Shown here piece after piece: positions 50,101 through 62,192 of a stretch of DNA of 64,000 nt (position 1 is its first letter; each line of letters opens with the position of its first letter). The stretch is from Squalus acanthias (taxonomy: Eukaryota), in the NCBI GenBank assembly GCA_030390025.1, contig JASTWF010000033.1:4962001-5026000 (forward strand), given 5' to 3'. The notes below the pieces were generated by a model. That model ran no database searches. It was not told where the DNA came from and saw nothing but the letters and a program-made list of their open reading frames with translations. The translations under genes were made by a program, and so were the position numbers.

Positions 50101-53100
50101 GACAGCTCCATTTACAGAAACAGACAGCAACATTCACAGACATGGAAAGCTGATTTGAACAGATTCAGACAATTCATTTGACAGACCCAGACATCTACAT
50201 TCAGAGACCCAGAAAGCTCATTTCAGACACTCAGACAGCTCCATTCAAAGATCCAGACAGCTGACTTCAAAGACTCTGAAAGCTCAGGTCACAGACCCAG
50301 ACAGCTCCATTAACAACGTCAGACAGCTCTATTCACAGACCCAGACAGCTCCATTTTCAGACCCAGACTGCACATTTCACAGACCCAGACAGCTCATTCA
50401 CAGACACAGACAGTTCCATTCACAGATCCAGACAGCTCCATTTACAGACTCAGACAGCTCCATTCACAGATCCAGACAGCTCCATTCAAAGAACCAGGCA
50501 GCTCCATTCACAGAACCAGACAGCTCCATTCACAGATCCAGACAGCTCCATTCACAGACCCAGACAGCTCCATTCACAGACTCAACAGCTCCATTCACAG
50601 ACCCAGACAGCTCCATTTACAGACTCAGACAGCTCCATTCACAGACCCAGACAGCTCATTCACCGACACTGATAGCTCCATTCACAGACTCAGACAGCTC
50701 CATTCACAGACCCAGACAGCTCCATTTAGAGACTCAGACAGCTCCATTTACAGATCCAGACATCTCCATTCACAGACACAGACAGCTCCATTCACAGACA
50801 CAGACAGCTCCATTCACAGACCCAGACAGCTCCATTTAAAGACTCAGACAGCTTCATTCACAGACCCAGACAACTCCATTCACAGACTCAGACAGCTCCA
50901 ATCACAGACCAAGACAGCTCATTCACAGACCCAGACAGCTCCATTCACAGACACAGACAGCTCCATTCACAGACAAAGACAGCTCATTCACAGACCCACA
51001 CAGCTCATTCACAGATACAGGTGGCTCCATTCACAGACCCAAACAGCTCCATTCACAGACACAGACAGCTCCATTCAGAGACCCAGTCAGCTCCATTTAC
51101 AGACTCCGACAGCTCCATTCACAGACCCATACAGCTCATTTCAAAGACCCAGACAGCTCCATTGAAGATAGTTCTTCGACCTGAAACGTTAACTCTGTTT
51201 CTCTCTCCCCGGATTGTGTCTGGCCTGCTGAGTTTTCCACCATTTTCTGTTGTTAGATTCATTCACAGATTCAGACAGCTCCATTCACAGACTCAGAAAG
51301 TTCATTTCAGAGACCTAGATAGCACCATTCACAGACACAGACAGTTCCATTCAGAGACCCAGACAGCTTCATTCACAGACTCCGAAAGTTCATTTCACAG
51401 ATCCAGACAGCTCCATTCACAGACCCAGACAGATCCATTCACAGACTCAGACAGCTCCATTCACAGACCCAGACAACTCCATTCACAAACCCAGACAGCT
51501 CCATTTACAGACATGGAAAGCTGATTTGAAAAAAAACAGACAGCTCATTTCACGAGCAGATTCAGACAATTCATTTGACAGACCCAGACATCTCCATTCA
51601 GAGACTCAGAAAGCTCATTTCAGTCACTCAGACAACTCCATTCAAAGATCCAGACGGCTGACTTCAAAGACTCTGAAAGCTCAGGTCACAGACCCAGACA
51701 GCTCCATTAACAACGTCAGACAGCTCTATTCACAGACCCAGACAACTCCATTTTCAGACCCAGACAGCACATTTCACAGACCCAGACAGCTCATTCACAG
51801 ACACATACACTTCCATTCACAGATCCAGACAGCTCCATTTACAGACTCAGACAGCTCCATTCACAGACCCAGACAGCTCCATTCACAGACCCAGACAGCT
51901 CCATTCACAGACCCAGACAGCTCATTCACCGACACAGATAGCTCCATTCACAGACCCAAACAGCACCATTCACAGACTCAGACAGCTCCATTCACAGACC
52001 CAGACAGTTCCCTTCACAGACCCAGACAGCTCCATTCACAGACCCAGACAGCTCCATTTACAGACCCAGACAGCTCAATTCACAGACCCAGACAGCTCCA
52101 TTCACAGACTCAGACAGCTCTATTCATGGACCCAGGCAGCTGATTTCACAGAGCCAGACAGCACATTTCACAGATCCAGACAGCTCCATTCAAAGACACA
52201 GACAGCTCATTTCATCGACCAAGACAGCTCTATTCACAGACCCAGACAGCTCCATTTACAGACCCAGACAGCTCCATTGACGATAGGTCATCGACCTGAA
52301 ACGTTAACTCAGTTTCTCTCTCCACGGATTGTGCCTGGCCTGCAGAGTTTTCCAGCGTTTTCTGTTATTAGATTCATTCACAGATTCAGACAGCTCCATT
52401 CACCGACCCAGAAAGTTCATTTCAGAGACCTAGATAGCACCATTCACAGACACAGACAGTTCCATTTACAGACACAGACAACTCCATTCACAGACTCCGA
52501 AAGTTCATTTCACAGATCCAGACAGCTCCATTCACAGACACAGACAGATCCATTCACAGACTCAGACAGCTTCATTCACAGACACAGACAACTCCATTCA
52601 CAAACCCAGACAGCTCCATTTACAGACCCAGACAGCTGCATTTACAGACTCAGACAGATCCATTCACAGACTCAGACAGCTTCATTCACAGACCCAGACA
52701 ACTCCATTCACAAACCCAGTCAGCTCCATTTACAGACTCTGGCAGCTCCATTCACAGACCCAAACAGCTAGATTTACAGACCCAGACTGCTCCATTCAGA
52801 GACCCAGACAGCTCCATTTACAGACTCTCGCAGCTCCATTCACAGACATAGACAGCTCCAATCACAGACCAAGACAGCTCCATTCACAGACCGAGACAGC
52901 TCCATTCACAGACCGAGACAACTCCATTTACAGACTCTGGCAGTTCAATTCACAGACACAGACAGCTCCATTCACAGACCCAGACATCTCCATTCACATA
53001 CCCAGACATCACTATACACAGACAGTTCCATTCACAGACACAGACAGCTCCATTCACAGACCGATACATCTCCATTCACGGACCAAGACAACACACTTCA

Positions 53101-54508
53101 CATACTCAGACAGCTCCATTCACAGACCCAGACAGCTCCATTCACAGTCCCAGACAACTCATTTCACAGACTCAGTCAGCACAATTCACAGACTCAGACA
53201 TCGCCATTAAAAGACCCACACAGCTGCATTCACAGACTCAGACAGCTCAATTCACAGACCCAGACATCTCCATTAACAGACCCAGACAGCTGCATTCACA
53301 GACTCAGACAGCTCAATTCACAGACCCAGACATCTCCATTAACAGACCCAAACAGCTCCATTCACAGACTCAGTAAGCTCATTTAACAGACCCAGACAGC
53401 TCCATTCACAGACCGAGGCAGCTCATTTCACAGACCCAGACAGCTCCATTCACAGACCGAGATAACTCATTTCACAGAGTCAGACAGCTCCATTCACAGG
53501 CCCAGGCAGCTCCATTCACAGTCTCAGACAGCTCCATTCATAGACCCAGACATCTCCATTCACAGACCCAGACATCACTAGTCACAGTCTCAGACAGCTC
53601 CATTCATAGACCCAGACATCTCCATTCACAGTCCCAGACATCACTAATCACAGTCTCAGACAGGTCCATTCATAGACCCAGACATCTCCATTCACAGACC
53701 CAGACATCACTAATCACAGTCTCAGACAGCTCCATTCATAGACCCAGACATCTCCATTCACAAACCCAGACATCACTATTCACAGTCCCAGGCAGCTCCA
53801 TTCACAGTCTCAGACAGCTCCATTCACTGCCCCAGACAGCTCCTTCCACTGACTCGGAAACCTAATTTCACAGACCCAGACAGCACCATTCGCAGACCCA
53901 GACAGGTCCATTTACAGACACTGTCAGCTCAATTTACGGACTCAGAGAGCTCCATTCACAGACCCAGACAGCTCCATTCACAGACCCAGACAGCTCCATT
54001 CACAGATCCAGACAGCTCCATTCACAGACCCAGACAGCTCCATTTACAGACCCAGACATCACTATACACAGACTCAGACAGCTCCATTTACAGACTCTGG
54101 CAGTTCAATTCACAGACACAGACAGCTCCATTCACAGACACAGACAGCTCCATTCACAGACACAGACATCTCCATTCACAGACCCAGACATCACTATTCA
54201 CAGACTCAGATAGCTCCACTCACAGACCCAGTCAACTTCATTCACAGACCGAGACATCTCCATTCACGGACCAAGACAACTCACTTCACAGACACAGACA
54301 TCTCCATTCACAGACCCAGACATCACTATTCACAGACTCAGATAGCTCCACTCACAGACCCAGTCAACTTCATTCACAGACCGAGACATCTCCATTCACG
54401 GACCAAGACAACTCACTTCACAGACTCAGACAGCTCCATTCACAGACCCAGACAGCTCCATTCACAGACCCAGACAACTCATTTCACAGAGTCAGTCAGC
54501 ACAATTCA
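41133..54508 (+). repeat. 22-bp satellite, about 13.4 kb, with higher-order repeats
   Basis: Unit CCATTCACAGACCCAGACAGCT; SINE fragments at 42411, 44725, 46950 and 49332; Penelope-terminus fragments at about 51165 and 52278. Confidence 0.97.
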
Positions 54509-54509
54509 C

Positions 54510-55661
54510 GCGGCGAAGAGACTCGAGGTGTTCGGCGCCTTCCCGGATGCTTCTCCTCCACTTTGAGCGGTCTTGGGCCTGGGATTCCTAGGTGTGGGTT
54601 AGGATATTGCACTTTTTCAAGGAGGCTTTGAGGGTGTCCTTGAAGCGTTTCCTCTGTCCACCTGGGGCTCTCTTGCCGTGTCGGAGCTCCGAGTAAACAT
54701 AGAAACATAGAAACATAGAATCTAGGAGCAGGAGTAGGCCATTCGGCCCGTCGAGCCTGCTCCGCCATTCAATACGATCATGGCTGATCATCCAAATCCA
54801 GTACCCTGTCCCTGCTTTAATCCCCACAGTACACATATCCCACCCTACCCCCGTAACCCCACGTATTTAATTCCCCCAACATATCCCATCCTATCCCCAT
54901 AACCCCACATATTTAATCCCCCCTAACACTAAGGGTCAATTTATCATAGCCAAATCAACCTAACCCACACATTTTTGGACTGTGGGAGGAAACCGGAGTA
55001 CCCGGAGGAAACCCACGCAGACACGGGGAGAATGTGCAAACTCCATTTGTAGAGCCCTTGTTTTGGGAGTCTCGTATTGGGCATGCGGACGACGTGACCT
55101 GTCCATCAGAACTGATCGAGCGTGGTCAAAGATTCGATGCTGGGGATGTTGGGCTGAGCGAGAACACTGACATTGGTGCGCCTATCCTGCCAATGGATTG
55201 ACAGGAGGCAGCGTTGGTGGTACCTCTCCAGGGCTTTGAGCTGCCTGCTGTACATGGTCCATGTCTCTGAAGCATACAGGAGGGCGGGACTCACTACTGC
55301 TCTGTAGACCATGAGCTTGTTGCCGGGTTTGAGGTCCTGATCCTCAAACACTCTGTTGCTCAGGCGACCGAAGGCTGCACTGGCACACTGAAGGCGGTGT
55401 TGGATTGCGTCATCGATGTCTGCCCTTGTTGACATAGGCTCCCGAGGTATGGAAAGTGGTCCACGTTGTCCAAAGCCTCGTCGTGGATTTTGATAATCGG
55501 GGGGCTGTACAGTGTGGCGGGGGTAGGTTGGTAGACCACCTTTGCCTTATGGATGTTTAGTGTAAGGCCCATACTCTCGTACGATTCGGTGAAGGTGTTG
55601 ATAATGGTTTCTATTTCGACGTCCGAGTGTGCGCAGATGCAAGCGTCGTCTGCATACTGCA
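54510..55661 (-). mobile_element. RTE-clade LINE 3' fragment interrupted by a SINE
   Basis: QYADD, FPYLGS, ASAAFGRL, ALLYASETWT, WQDRRTNVSVL, YSELRHGKR..GGQRKRFKDTLK. Confidence 0.9.
54696..55045 (-). mobile_element. 5'-truncated HE1/V-SINE-like SINE
   Basis: Reverse complement of about 13913-14268; CATAGAAA tail. Confidence 0.9.
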
Positions 55662-56485
55662 TACTGGCAGAATAGGTGGGTAATTGCAAATGAACCTCAA
55701 TATGGTGAAGTGTGAGGTGCATTTTAACATGAAGAATACGGAGGTCACATACTCCTTAGTTCGAAATGGGGTTGAGGGACAGAGTGGTGTGAGGGTACAG
55801 TTACATAATTCACTAAAAGTTACGATGCAGGTTAAAAAGGCCATAAAAACAAAGAAAGCACTCGGTCACATTTCTAGAGGGATAGAAATGTAAAGCACAG
55901 AAGGTATGTTAAACTTGTATGGAACCTTGGTTAGACCACACTTGGTGTACTGCGAACATTTCACGTCACCGTCTTATAAAAAGGACATAGAGGGACTGGT
56001 GAAGGTAGAAAGGTATTTACTGGAATTATACCAGAAGTGAGAGGTTACACCTAGCAGGAAAGACAGAACATGCTGGGGCTTTTTTCTTTAGAAAAGTGAA
56101 GACTGACTGATGATCAGATAGAGTTCTTTAAAATTGCGAAATAGTTTGATAGGGTAGATTAGAGAAGGTGTTCCCACTTGCAGGAGAGACCAGAACTCCG
56201 GGCCATAGATTTAAGATAGTCATTAATAAATCCAATCGGGAATTCAGGAGAATCCTTTTTACCAAATGAGTGGTCAGAATGTGGAGCTCGCTACCACAAG
56301 GAGCAGTTGATGCGAATAGCATGGACTCATTTAAAGGGGAGCGAGACAAGCACATGAGGGGGTGAAGGAACAGAAATATATTTTAACTGGGTTAGATGAA
56401 GGAGGGTGGGTGGAGGCTCGTGTGGAGCAAGGACACCAACATGGACATTTTGAGTCGAATGGCCTGTCCCTGTGCTGTAAATATT
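55662..56485 (+). mobile_element. Old CR1-type LINE 3' fragment
   Basis: Decayed KCEVHF, LVRPHL and VVRMW.SLP motifs plus tail. Confidence 0.8.
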
Positions 56486-56609
56486 TTGTAAATTGTATTA
56501 AACGTGTATCGGACCCGGGTCAGGTCACACTTAGAGAACTCTGCATAGTTCTGGTCTCCATAATATAAAAAGGATATAGAAGAACTGGAGAAAGTGCAAA
56601 AAATACTTA

Positions 56610-57410
56610 CAACAACAACTTGCATTTATATAGCGCCTTTAACAAAGTAAAATTAACCAAGCGATTCACGGGAGCGTTATTGAACAAAACCTGAGCCTGA
56701 GCCACATAAGGTGATATTAGGAAAGATGATCAAAAGTATGGTCAAAGAGGTAAGTTTTAAGCAGCATCTTAAAGGAGGAGGGAGGTTTAGAGAAGCAGAA
56801 AGGTTCAGGGAGGGGATTCCTGAGCTTCGGGCCCAGGCAGCTGAAAGCACAGCCGCCAATGTTGGAGCGGTTAAAATCAGGGATGTGCAAGAGGCCAGAA
56901 TTAGAGGAGCACAGAGATCTCGGGAGTGTTGAGGGGCTGGTGGAGCTTGCAGAGATAGGGAGGGCAAGGCCCTGTAGGTATTTGAAAGCAAGGGTGATAA
57001 TTTTAAAATGGAGACATTGCTGGAACGGGAGTCACTGTTGGTCCACGAGCACAGGGGTGGTGGTTTACCGGCATTTGATGTGGGTTAGGTTACGGGCAGC
57101 ACAGCTTTGGGTGAGCTCAAGCTATGGAGGGTGGGAGATGGGAAGCCGGCCAGGAGAGAGTTGGTGTTATCAAGTCTAGAGCTAGCAAAGGCATGGATGA
57201 TGGTTTGAGCAGCAGATGAGCTGAGGCAGGGGCAAAGTTCGGCGATGTTACCGAGGTGGAAGTAAGCCGTCCTGGTGATGGTGTGAATATCCGGTCGGAA
57301 GATCATCCCGTGGTCAAATACGACACCAAGGTTGCAAACAGTAAACTGGTGCTTCGGAAAATGATGGAGTTGGTGGCTTGGCAACGGAGATTGTTAAGCG
57401 GGCCAATAGC
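56610..57410 (-). mobile_element. L2-type LINE 3' fragment nested in an old CR1 (56520-56610 and 57430-57900, + strand)
   Basis: VCNLGVVFD..TAYFHLGNIA..IHAFASSRLD..NSLLAG; 3' end GGCGCTATATAAATGCAAGTTGTTGTTG. Confidence 0.88.
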
Positions 57411-58161
57411 TTCGGTCTTACAAATATTTAGTTGGATGGCACCAGAACTGAAAGATTGCAGCTATCGGGAAAGATTAAACAGGTTGGGCCTTTCTGCTAT
57501 AGAAGAGAAAGGACTTAGATGAGGCCTGTTAGAGATATTGAAAATTATGAATGAGTTGAACAGGGTAGATGTGGAGATAATGTTTACACTTGTGGGAGAA
57601 TGCAACTCTTGGGTTTATAAATACAAGATAGTTACTAATAAATCCAATAGGGAAATAAGGAGCAATTTCTATACTCAGAGAGTGGTTAGAATGTGGAACT
57701 CCCTACCACAGGAAGTGGTTGAGGAAAATAGTTTAGATTCAACAGAATGAAACTAGACGAGTAAAGGCTTGAAAGGGGAATAGAAAGATCTTCTGAGCGG
57801 CTCAGATGAGGTAGATGCAATGAGAGGAGACTGGTGTGGAGCATAAACACCAGCACAGACTGATTGGGCCGAATGGCCTGTTTGTGTGCTATTTTAGGTA
57901 ATATAATCCTCTGAACTGCAGCTCAGCTCTGTCTGCCTACCTATTGACCAGGCTCTTACTCTGGAAGCTGCGAATTAATTGCTGCCCTCAATCGCTGAAG
58001 GGACTCTTTACAGAAGAGCTCAGAGTGAAAGCAGCAAACTAGTGGTCCTGTCCCGAAAGACAATGTGGGAAATGTCAGTCAGAAACAGTGCCGAGTCCTA
58101 AACACAGTGCTCTTTCCGCCGCTGGCTGTATCTTCAGATCTCCAGCGATTGCTGGTGTAAT

Positions 58162-59147
58162 TCAGTGGATGGCAGTCTGGGGCTGAATATTACATTCCTG
58201 GACTGGAAACACTGGGAGCCGCCTCTGGGCTGCGCTCAATTGTTTCTGATTATTAATGAATTGAATAATTGAGGTAAGCGGATATTTCACCGCCCTCTTC
58301 ACCTGCTCTCTGAACTTGGACTGGGTCACCCCATAAATAAATGTGTTTGTGCAGCAACTTAAATTCCGCAGCATAAATCCGACTTTTTGAAAGATATATA
58401 AAAAATCAATGTAATAAAGGGGATCTATTCCTGTAATGTTATAATATAAGAATTCTATAACATTCACCAGCCACAGCAGTATGAAGCTGCCGGATATGGT
58501 GAAGAGTAAAATCATAGACTTCCTTCTCCTCTCCATCTCTGGGTCTATGCCATTCTCTCCCTTGCTCTCACCTCTCAGTCCCTTACGGACTCGACTGGCC
58601 ACTAAAATGTGTCTGACTGTCAGAGCGTTGAGCAAAATAATTAAAGCGAATGGGAGCATTGGGGTTGAAACTATAACAAGCCAAATATATCCCACCCACC
58701 CGGGCTCAGTATAATAGCCTGGGATTGCGACACAGAACCACGGCACATTGTCGATTATCCTCCTGGGTTGATATGTAAAGTAGAAGGGAACGTCTTTTAA
58801 ACAGTGCAGAATGCCGCTTGTTGCTAGAACCACAGCCGCAGTTTTCTCGGTGCAATATTTATTTTTCAGCTTCTGGCAACAAATGGCCACAAATCGGTCA
58901 AAGGTGAAAGTGACGGTGAACCAGACAGAACAGTCTGTGGCTGCACGGGCCAGGACAGCGATAACACTACACACAGGGGTGATGTCCAGGAAAGACAATG
59001 GAAAATAATAGAAATTGATCTGCCTCAGTATGACCTCAGTGACAATGGTCAGGAGATCCGCCGCTGCCATGCCCACCAGATAGCAAGTGGTCCAGGTGGA
59101 GAGCCCGCACTTTCCCCGGGAAAGGATCACAATCGCCAGCAAATTCA
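58162..59147 (-). CDS. Class A GPCR, GPR139/GPR142-like family, copy 2, exon 2 (328 aa); exon 1 not in window
   Basis: Colinear with copy 1 without indels, about 85% aa identity by eye; acceptor cccttctgtgttttacAG at 59149-59148. Confidence 0.9.
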
Positions 59148-59538
59148 CTGTAAAACACAGAAGGGACAAGAGACTGGAAATTACTGATCACACATTCTCC
59201 GTGTCTGAGCCCAGACAGTAAGGGCTGGATTTTAACATCCCAAAAACCGGGGGATTGGGTTCAGGTAAGAGGTGAAAATTGAACAATATCCTCCCGACCC
59301 CAACCCGCCTCCAACCCGCCCGCTTCCGAGTTTAACGGAGACGGGACAGAGAGCGGGCAGCGAACCGCTCCCAGGAGGCGGGTTGGCAAGTTAAATATTT
59401 TAATGAGGCGGGCAGGCTCTGATTTACTCTGTTTTACAGGTTTAACTACGGCTGGCCGTGTTCCTGGGACTATGGAATGATTTCGCCCACCACCCCCCAA
59501 ACTCTACCCATCGCCCGAAACCCCCCATGGATGGAAAC

Positions 59539-60765
59539 CTGGGGTCCAGTGGATGTGGTGTATTTGGAATTTCAAAAGGCTTTTGATAAGGTCCCGCATA
59601 AGAGATTAGCGTGTAAAGTTAAGGCACATGTGATTGGGGGCAAGGTATTGACTTGGATAGAGAACAGGTTGGGGGACAGAAAGCAGAGAGTAGGAATTAA
59701 TGGGTCTTTTTCTGAGTGGCAAGCAGTGACTAGTGGGGTACCGTAGGGATCGGTCCTTGGACCCCAGCTATTCACAATATACATTAATGATCTGGATAAG
59801 GGAACTAAATGTAATATTTCCAAGTTTGCAGTTGACACAAAGCTGGGTGGGCGTGTGTGCTCCGAGGAGGATTCTGAGAAACTCCAGGATGATTTGGACA
59901 GGTTGGGTGAGTGGGCAGAAGCGTGGCAGATGCGATATAACGTGGATAAATGCGAGGTTATCCATTTTGGTGTCAAAAACAGAAAGGCAGACTATTATCT
60001 GAATGGCAATAGATTGGGAGAAGGGGAAGTGCAACGAGGCCTGGGTGACCTTGTGCACCAGTCGCTGAAGGTGAGCATGCAGGTGCAGCAGGCGGTGAAG
60101 AAGGCAAATGGTATGTTGGCCTTCATAGCGAAAGGGTTTGAGTATAGGAACAGGGATGTCCTGCTGCAGTTGTACAGGGCCTTGGTGAGACAACACCTTG
60201 AGTACTGTGTGCAGTTTTGGTCGCCTTATCTGAGGAAGGATGTTCTTGCCATGGAAGGAGTTCAGCGAAGATTCACAAGGCTGATACCTGGGATGGCAGG
60301 AATGACATATGAGGAGAGATTGGGTCGAGTGGGATTATACTCGCTGGAGTATAGAAGAATGAGAGGGGATCTCATCGAAACATATAAAATTCTGACAGGT
60401 CTGGTCAAACTCGATGCAGGAAGAATGTTCCTGATGGTCGGAGAGTCCAGAACCAGGGGTCATAATCTAAGGATAAGGGGTAAGCCATTTAGGACAGAAA
60501 TGAGGAAGAATTTCTTCAACCAGAGAGGGGTGAACCTGTGGAATTCTCTACCACAGAAGGTAGTTGAGGCCAAGTCATTAAATATATTCAAGAATGAGTT
60601 AGATATATTTCTTAAAGCTAAAGGTATCAAGGGATATGGGGAGAAGGCAGGTACAGGGTACTGTGTTTGGATGATCAGCCATGATCTCATCGAATGGCGG
60701 AGCAGGCTCGAGGGGCCGAATGGCCTACTCCTGCTCCTATCTTCTATGTTTGTATATTTCTGTGT
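59539..60765 (+). mobile_element. CR1-type LINE, 5'-truncated
   Basis: RT ORFs starting at 59477 and 59855; in-frame stop at about 59744. Confidence 0.93.
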
Positions 60766-60799
60766 CCGGATCGGAAAACTCCAAGACTCGGGATTGGAC

Positions 60800-62192
60800 A
60801 CGCCCCCGAGACCGGTCAAACTCCCAGGACCGGTCACATCCCGGGACCAGTCAAACCCCCGGGACCGGTCAAACCCCCGGTACTGGTCAAACCCCCAGGA
60901 CTAGTCAATCCCCCGGAACTGGTCCAACCCCCCCGGGACTGTTCGAACCCCCAGGACTGGTCAAACCCCCGGGACTGGTCTAACCCCCCCGGGACTGGTC
61001 AAACCCCTGGGACTGGTCGCCCCCCCCGGGACTGGTCTAACCCCCGGGACCGGTCAAACCCCCGGGACTGATCGCCCCCCCGGGACTGGTCAAACCCCTG
61101 GGACTGGTCGCCCCCCCGGGACTGGTCTAACCCCCAGGACTGGTCAAACCCCCGGGACTGGTCAAACCCCGGGACTGGTCACGCCCCCGGGACCGGTCAA
61201 ACCCCTGGGACCGGTCAAACCACCGGGACCGGTCAAACCACCGGGACCGGTCAAACCCCCGGGACCGGTCAAACCCCCGGGACCGGTCAAACCCCTGGGA
61301 CTGATCAAACCCCCGGGACTGGTCACCTCCCCAGGACTGGTCAAACCCCCGGGACCGGTCAAACCCCCGGGATTGGTCACGCCCCCAGGAATGGTCAAAA
61401 CCCTGGGACTGGTCAAACCCCCGGTACTGGTCAAACCCCCAGGACCGGTCAAACCCCCGGGACCGGTGAAACCCCCGGGACTGGTCAAACTCCCGTGACT
61501 GGTCAAACCCCCGGGACTGGTCAAACCCCCGGGACCAGTCAAACCCCCGGGACCGGTCACACCCCAGGACTGGTCAAACCCCCGGTACTGGTCACACCCC
61601 CGGGACTGGTCAAACCGCCGGGAATGGTCACATAACCCGGGACCGGTCACACCCCCGGGACAGGTCAAACCCCCGGGACTGGTCATACTACCCGGGACCG
61701 GTCACCCACCTGGGACAGGTCAAACCCCCGGGACTGGTCAAACCCCCCGGAACAGGTCACACCCCCGGGACAGGTCACACCCCCGGGACCGGTAACACCC
61801 CCGGGACTGGTCAAACCCCCGGGACCGGTCACACCCCCGGGACTGGTCAAACCCCTGGGACTGGTCAATCCCCCGGGACTGGTCAATCCCCCGGGTCTGG
61901 TCAGACCCCCGGGACCGGTCACACCCCAGGGACCGGTCAAACCCCCGGGACCGGTCAAACCCCCAGGACCAGTCACACCCCCGGGACTGTTCAAACCCCC
62001 GAGACTGGCCAAACACCCCGGGACTGGTCAAACACCCGGGACAGGTCAAACCCCCGGGAACGGTCACACCCCCGGGACAGGTAATACCCCCGGGACTGGT
62101 CAAACCCCCGGGACTGGCCAAACCCCCCGGGACTGGTCAAACCCCCGGGACTGGTAAAAACTCCAGGGACTGGTCAGAACCCCGGGACTCGT
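60800..62192 (+). repeat. GC-rich 18-bp satellite in the GPCR copy 2 intron
   Basis: Same unit and same leader (GGATTGGACACGCCCCCGAGACCGGTCAAA) as the array at 14672. Confidence 0.97.

Noticed and set aside
41133..52771. HRPRQLHSQTQTAPFTDPDSSI-repeat ORFs
   Set aside because: A 22-bp unit cycling through all three frames; stops are scattered
33790..54508. CRISPR-like appearance of the regular repeats
   Set aside because: Head-to-tail units without unique spacers, no cas genes, and a vertebrate context
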